Assembly: GCF_000022265.1 (NCBI RefSeq)
Contig: NC_011979.1
Coordinates: 2,670,001-2,702,000 of the forward strand
Direction of reading: 5' to 3'
DNA: 32,000 nt
DNA from: Geotalea daltonii FRC-32
GTDB taxonomy: Bacteria > Desulfobacterota > Desulfuromonadia > Geobacterales > Geobacteraceae
In this document: piece by piece, positions 31,775 through 32,000 of the stretch
Layout: the number at the start of each line of letters is the position of its first letter
How positions within the stretch are numbered: position 1 is the first letter of the stretch
Notes under the pieces: generated by a model
Database searches by the model: none
Seen by the model: only the letters and a program-made list of their open reading frames with translations
Told to the model about the DNA's origin: nothing
Made by a program: the position numbers and the translations under genes

Positions 31775-32000
31775 ATGGCAGAACATATTATTGTTGTAGG
31801 CAAGGGGGGGGTAGGTAAATCCACCACTTCTGCTAATCTGGCTGCAGCTTTGGCGGAGGCCGGGCATCGGGTCGTCTTGATCGGTTATGATCCCCGTTGG
31901 AGCGCAACCGCCACCCTGCGTGGCACCTCGCCTCTGCTGCCGGTTCCTGAATGGCAGAACGGAGACGTGGTTCCCCATTATGCTGTCGGTTTCAAGGGAG
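31775..32000 (+). CDS. NifH/BchL-like P-loop ATPase, 5' portion only (runs off the window)
   Basis: MAEHIIVVGKGGVGKSTTSANLAAALAEAGHRVVLIGYDPRWSATATLRG... It has a NifH-type Walker A and a GxDP(K/R) segment, but the switch I residues are unusual (YDPRWSAT versus CDPKADST). GGAGG RBS 5 nt upstream. Confidence 0.55.
   Translation, partial: MAEHIIVVGKGGVGKSTTSANLAAALAEAGHRVVLIGYDPRWSATATLRGTSPLLPVPEWQNGDVVPHYAVGFKG

Noticed and set aside
31775-32000. Calling the NifH-like ORF a bona fide nitrogenase iron protein (N2 fixation).
   Set aside because: Only about 75 codons are visible, the switch I residues deviate from NifH (YDPRWSAT), and the context is sulfur uptake rather than nifDK. It is kept as NifH-like with function open.
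1-32000. A scan for CRISPR arrays, IS elements/transposases, integrases, toxin-antitoxin or classical defence genes.
   Set aside because: None was seen. There are no regularly spaced direct repeats and no transposase or integrase-like ORFs. All large ORFs are accounted for by catabolic, regulatory, envelope or sulfur-related functions.

Overview
The window holds an anaerobic toluene/alkylbenzene activation locus with two diverged copies of a benzylsuccinate-synthase-type (fumarate-adding) glycyl radical enzyme (GRE) operon. All catabolic genes are on the minus strand. Each copy is divergently paired with its own XylR/DmpR-type sigma54 activator on the plus strand. Left edge: the tail of a bbs beta-oxidation operon (bbsB partial, bbsC, bbsD), a tiny ORF and a stand-alone cNMP-binding protein. 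Operon 1 (12872 down to 3526): bssD-bssC-bssA-bssB-bssE-bssF, then a MetA/phenol-degradation-type outer-membrane barrel and an FAD_binding_2 flavoprotein. Operon 2 (27316 down to 15157): paralogous bssD-bssC-bssA-bssB, a geranylgeranyl-reductase-like flavoprotein, then a DUF1302 / DUF1329 / BNR (Ycf48-like) / RND four-gene envelope module. Both gamma-subunit genes (58 and 57 aa) are below the ORF-track cutoff and were found by hand translation. Both operons carry a clear -24/-12 promoter directly flanked by the same AAACA-N-TGTTT palindrome. Right edge: a bidirectional terminator and a truncated tRNA-Met 3' fragment, followed by an Rrf2 regulator, a sulfate-binding protein, a YezD-like mini-protein and the start of a divergent NifH-like ATPase. 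Main leads: (1) the second fumarate-adding enzyme operon is fused to an uncharacterised envelope module. (2) The two regulator genes share a near-identical block over the AAA+ domain while their sensor domains and the bss genes are strongly diverged, which suggests gene conversion. (3) BssE/BssF look like a MoxR-VWA pair and occur in operon 1 only. (4) A nitrogenase-like gene sits in a sulfur-acquisition context next to a tRNA-fragment junction. The taxon looks Geobacter/Desulfuromonadales-like, but that is only a guess. No CRISPR array, IS element or rRNA was seen. All identities and G+C values are by-eye or hand counts, not computed alignments.
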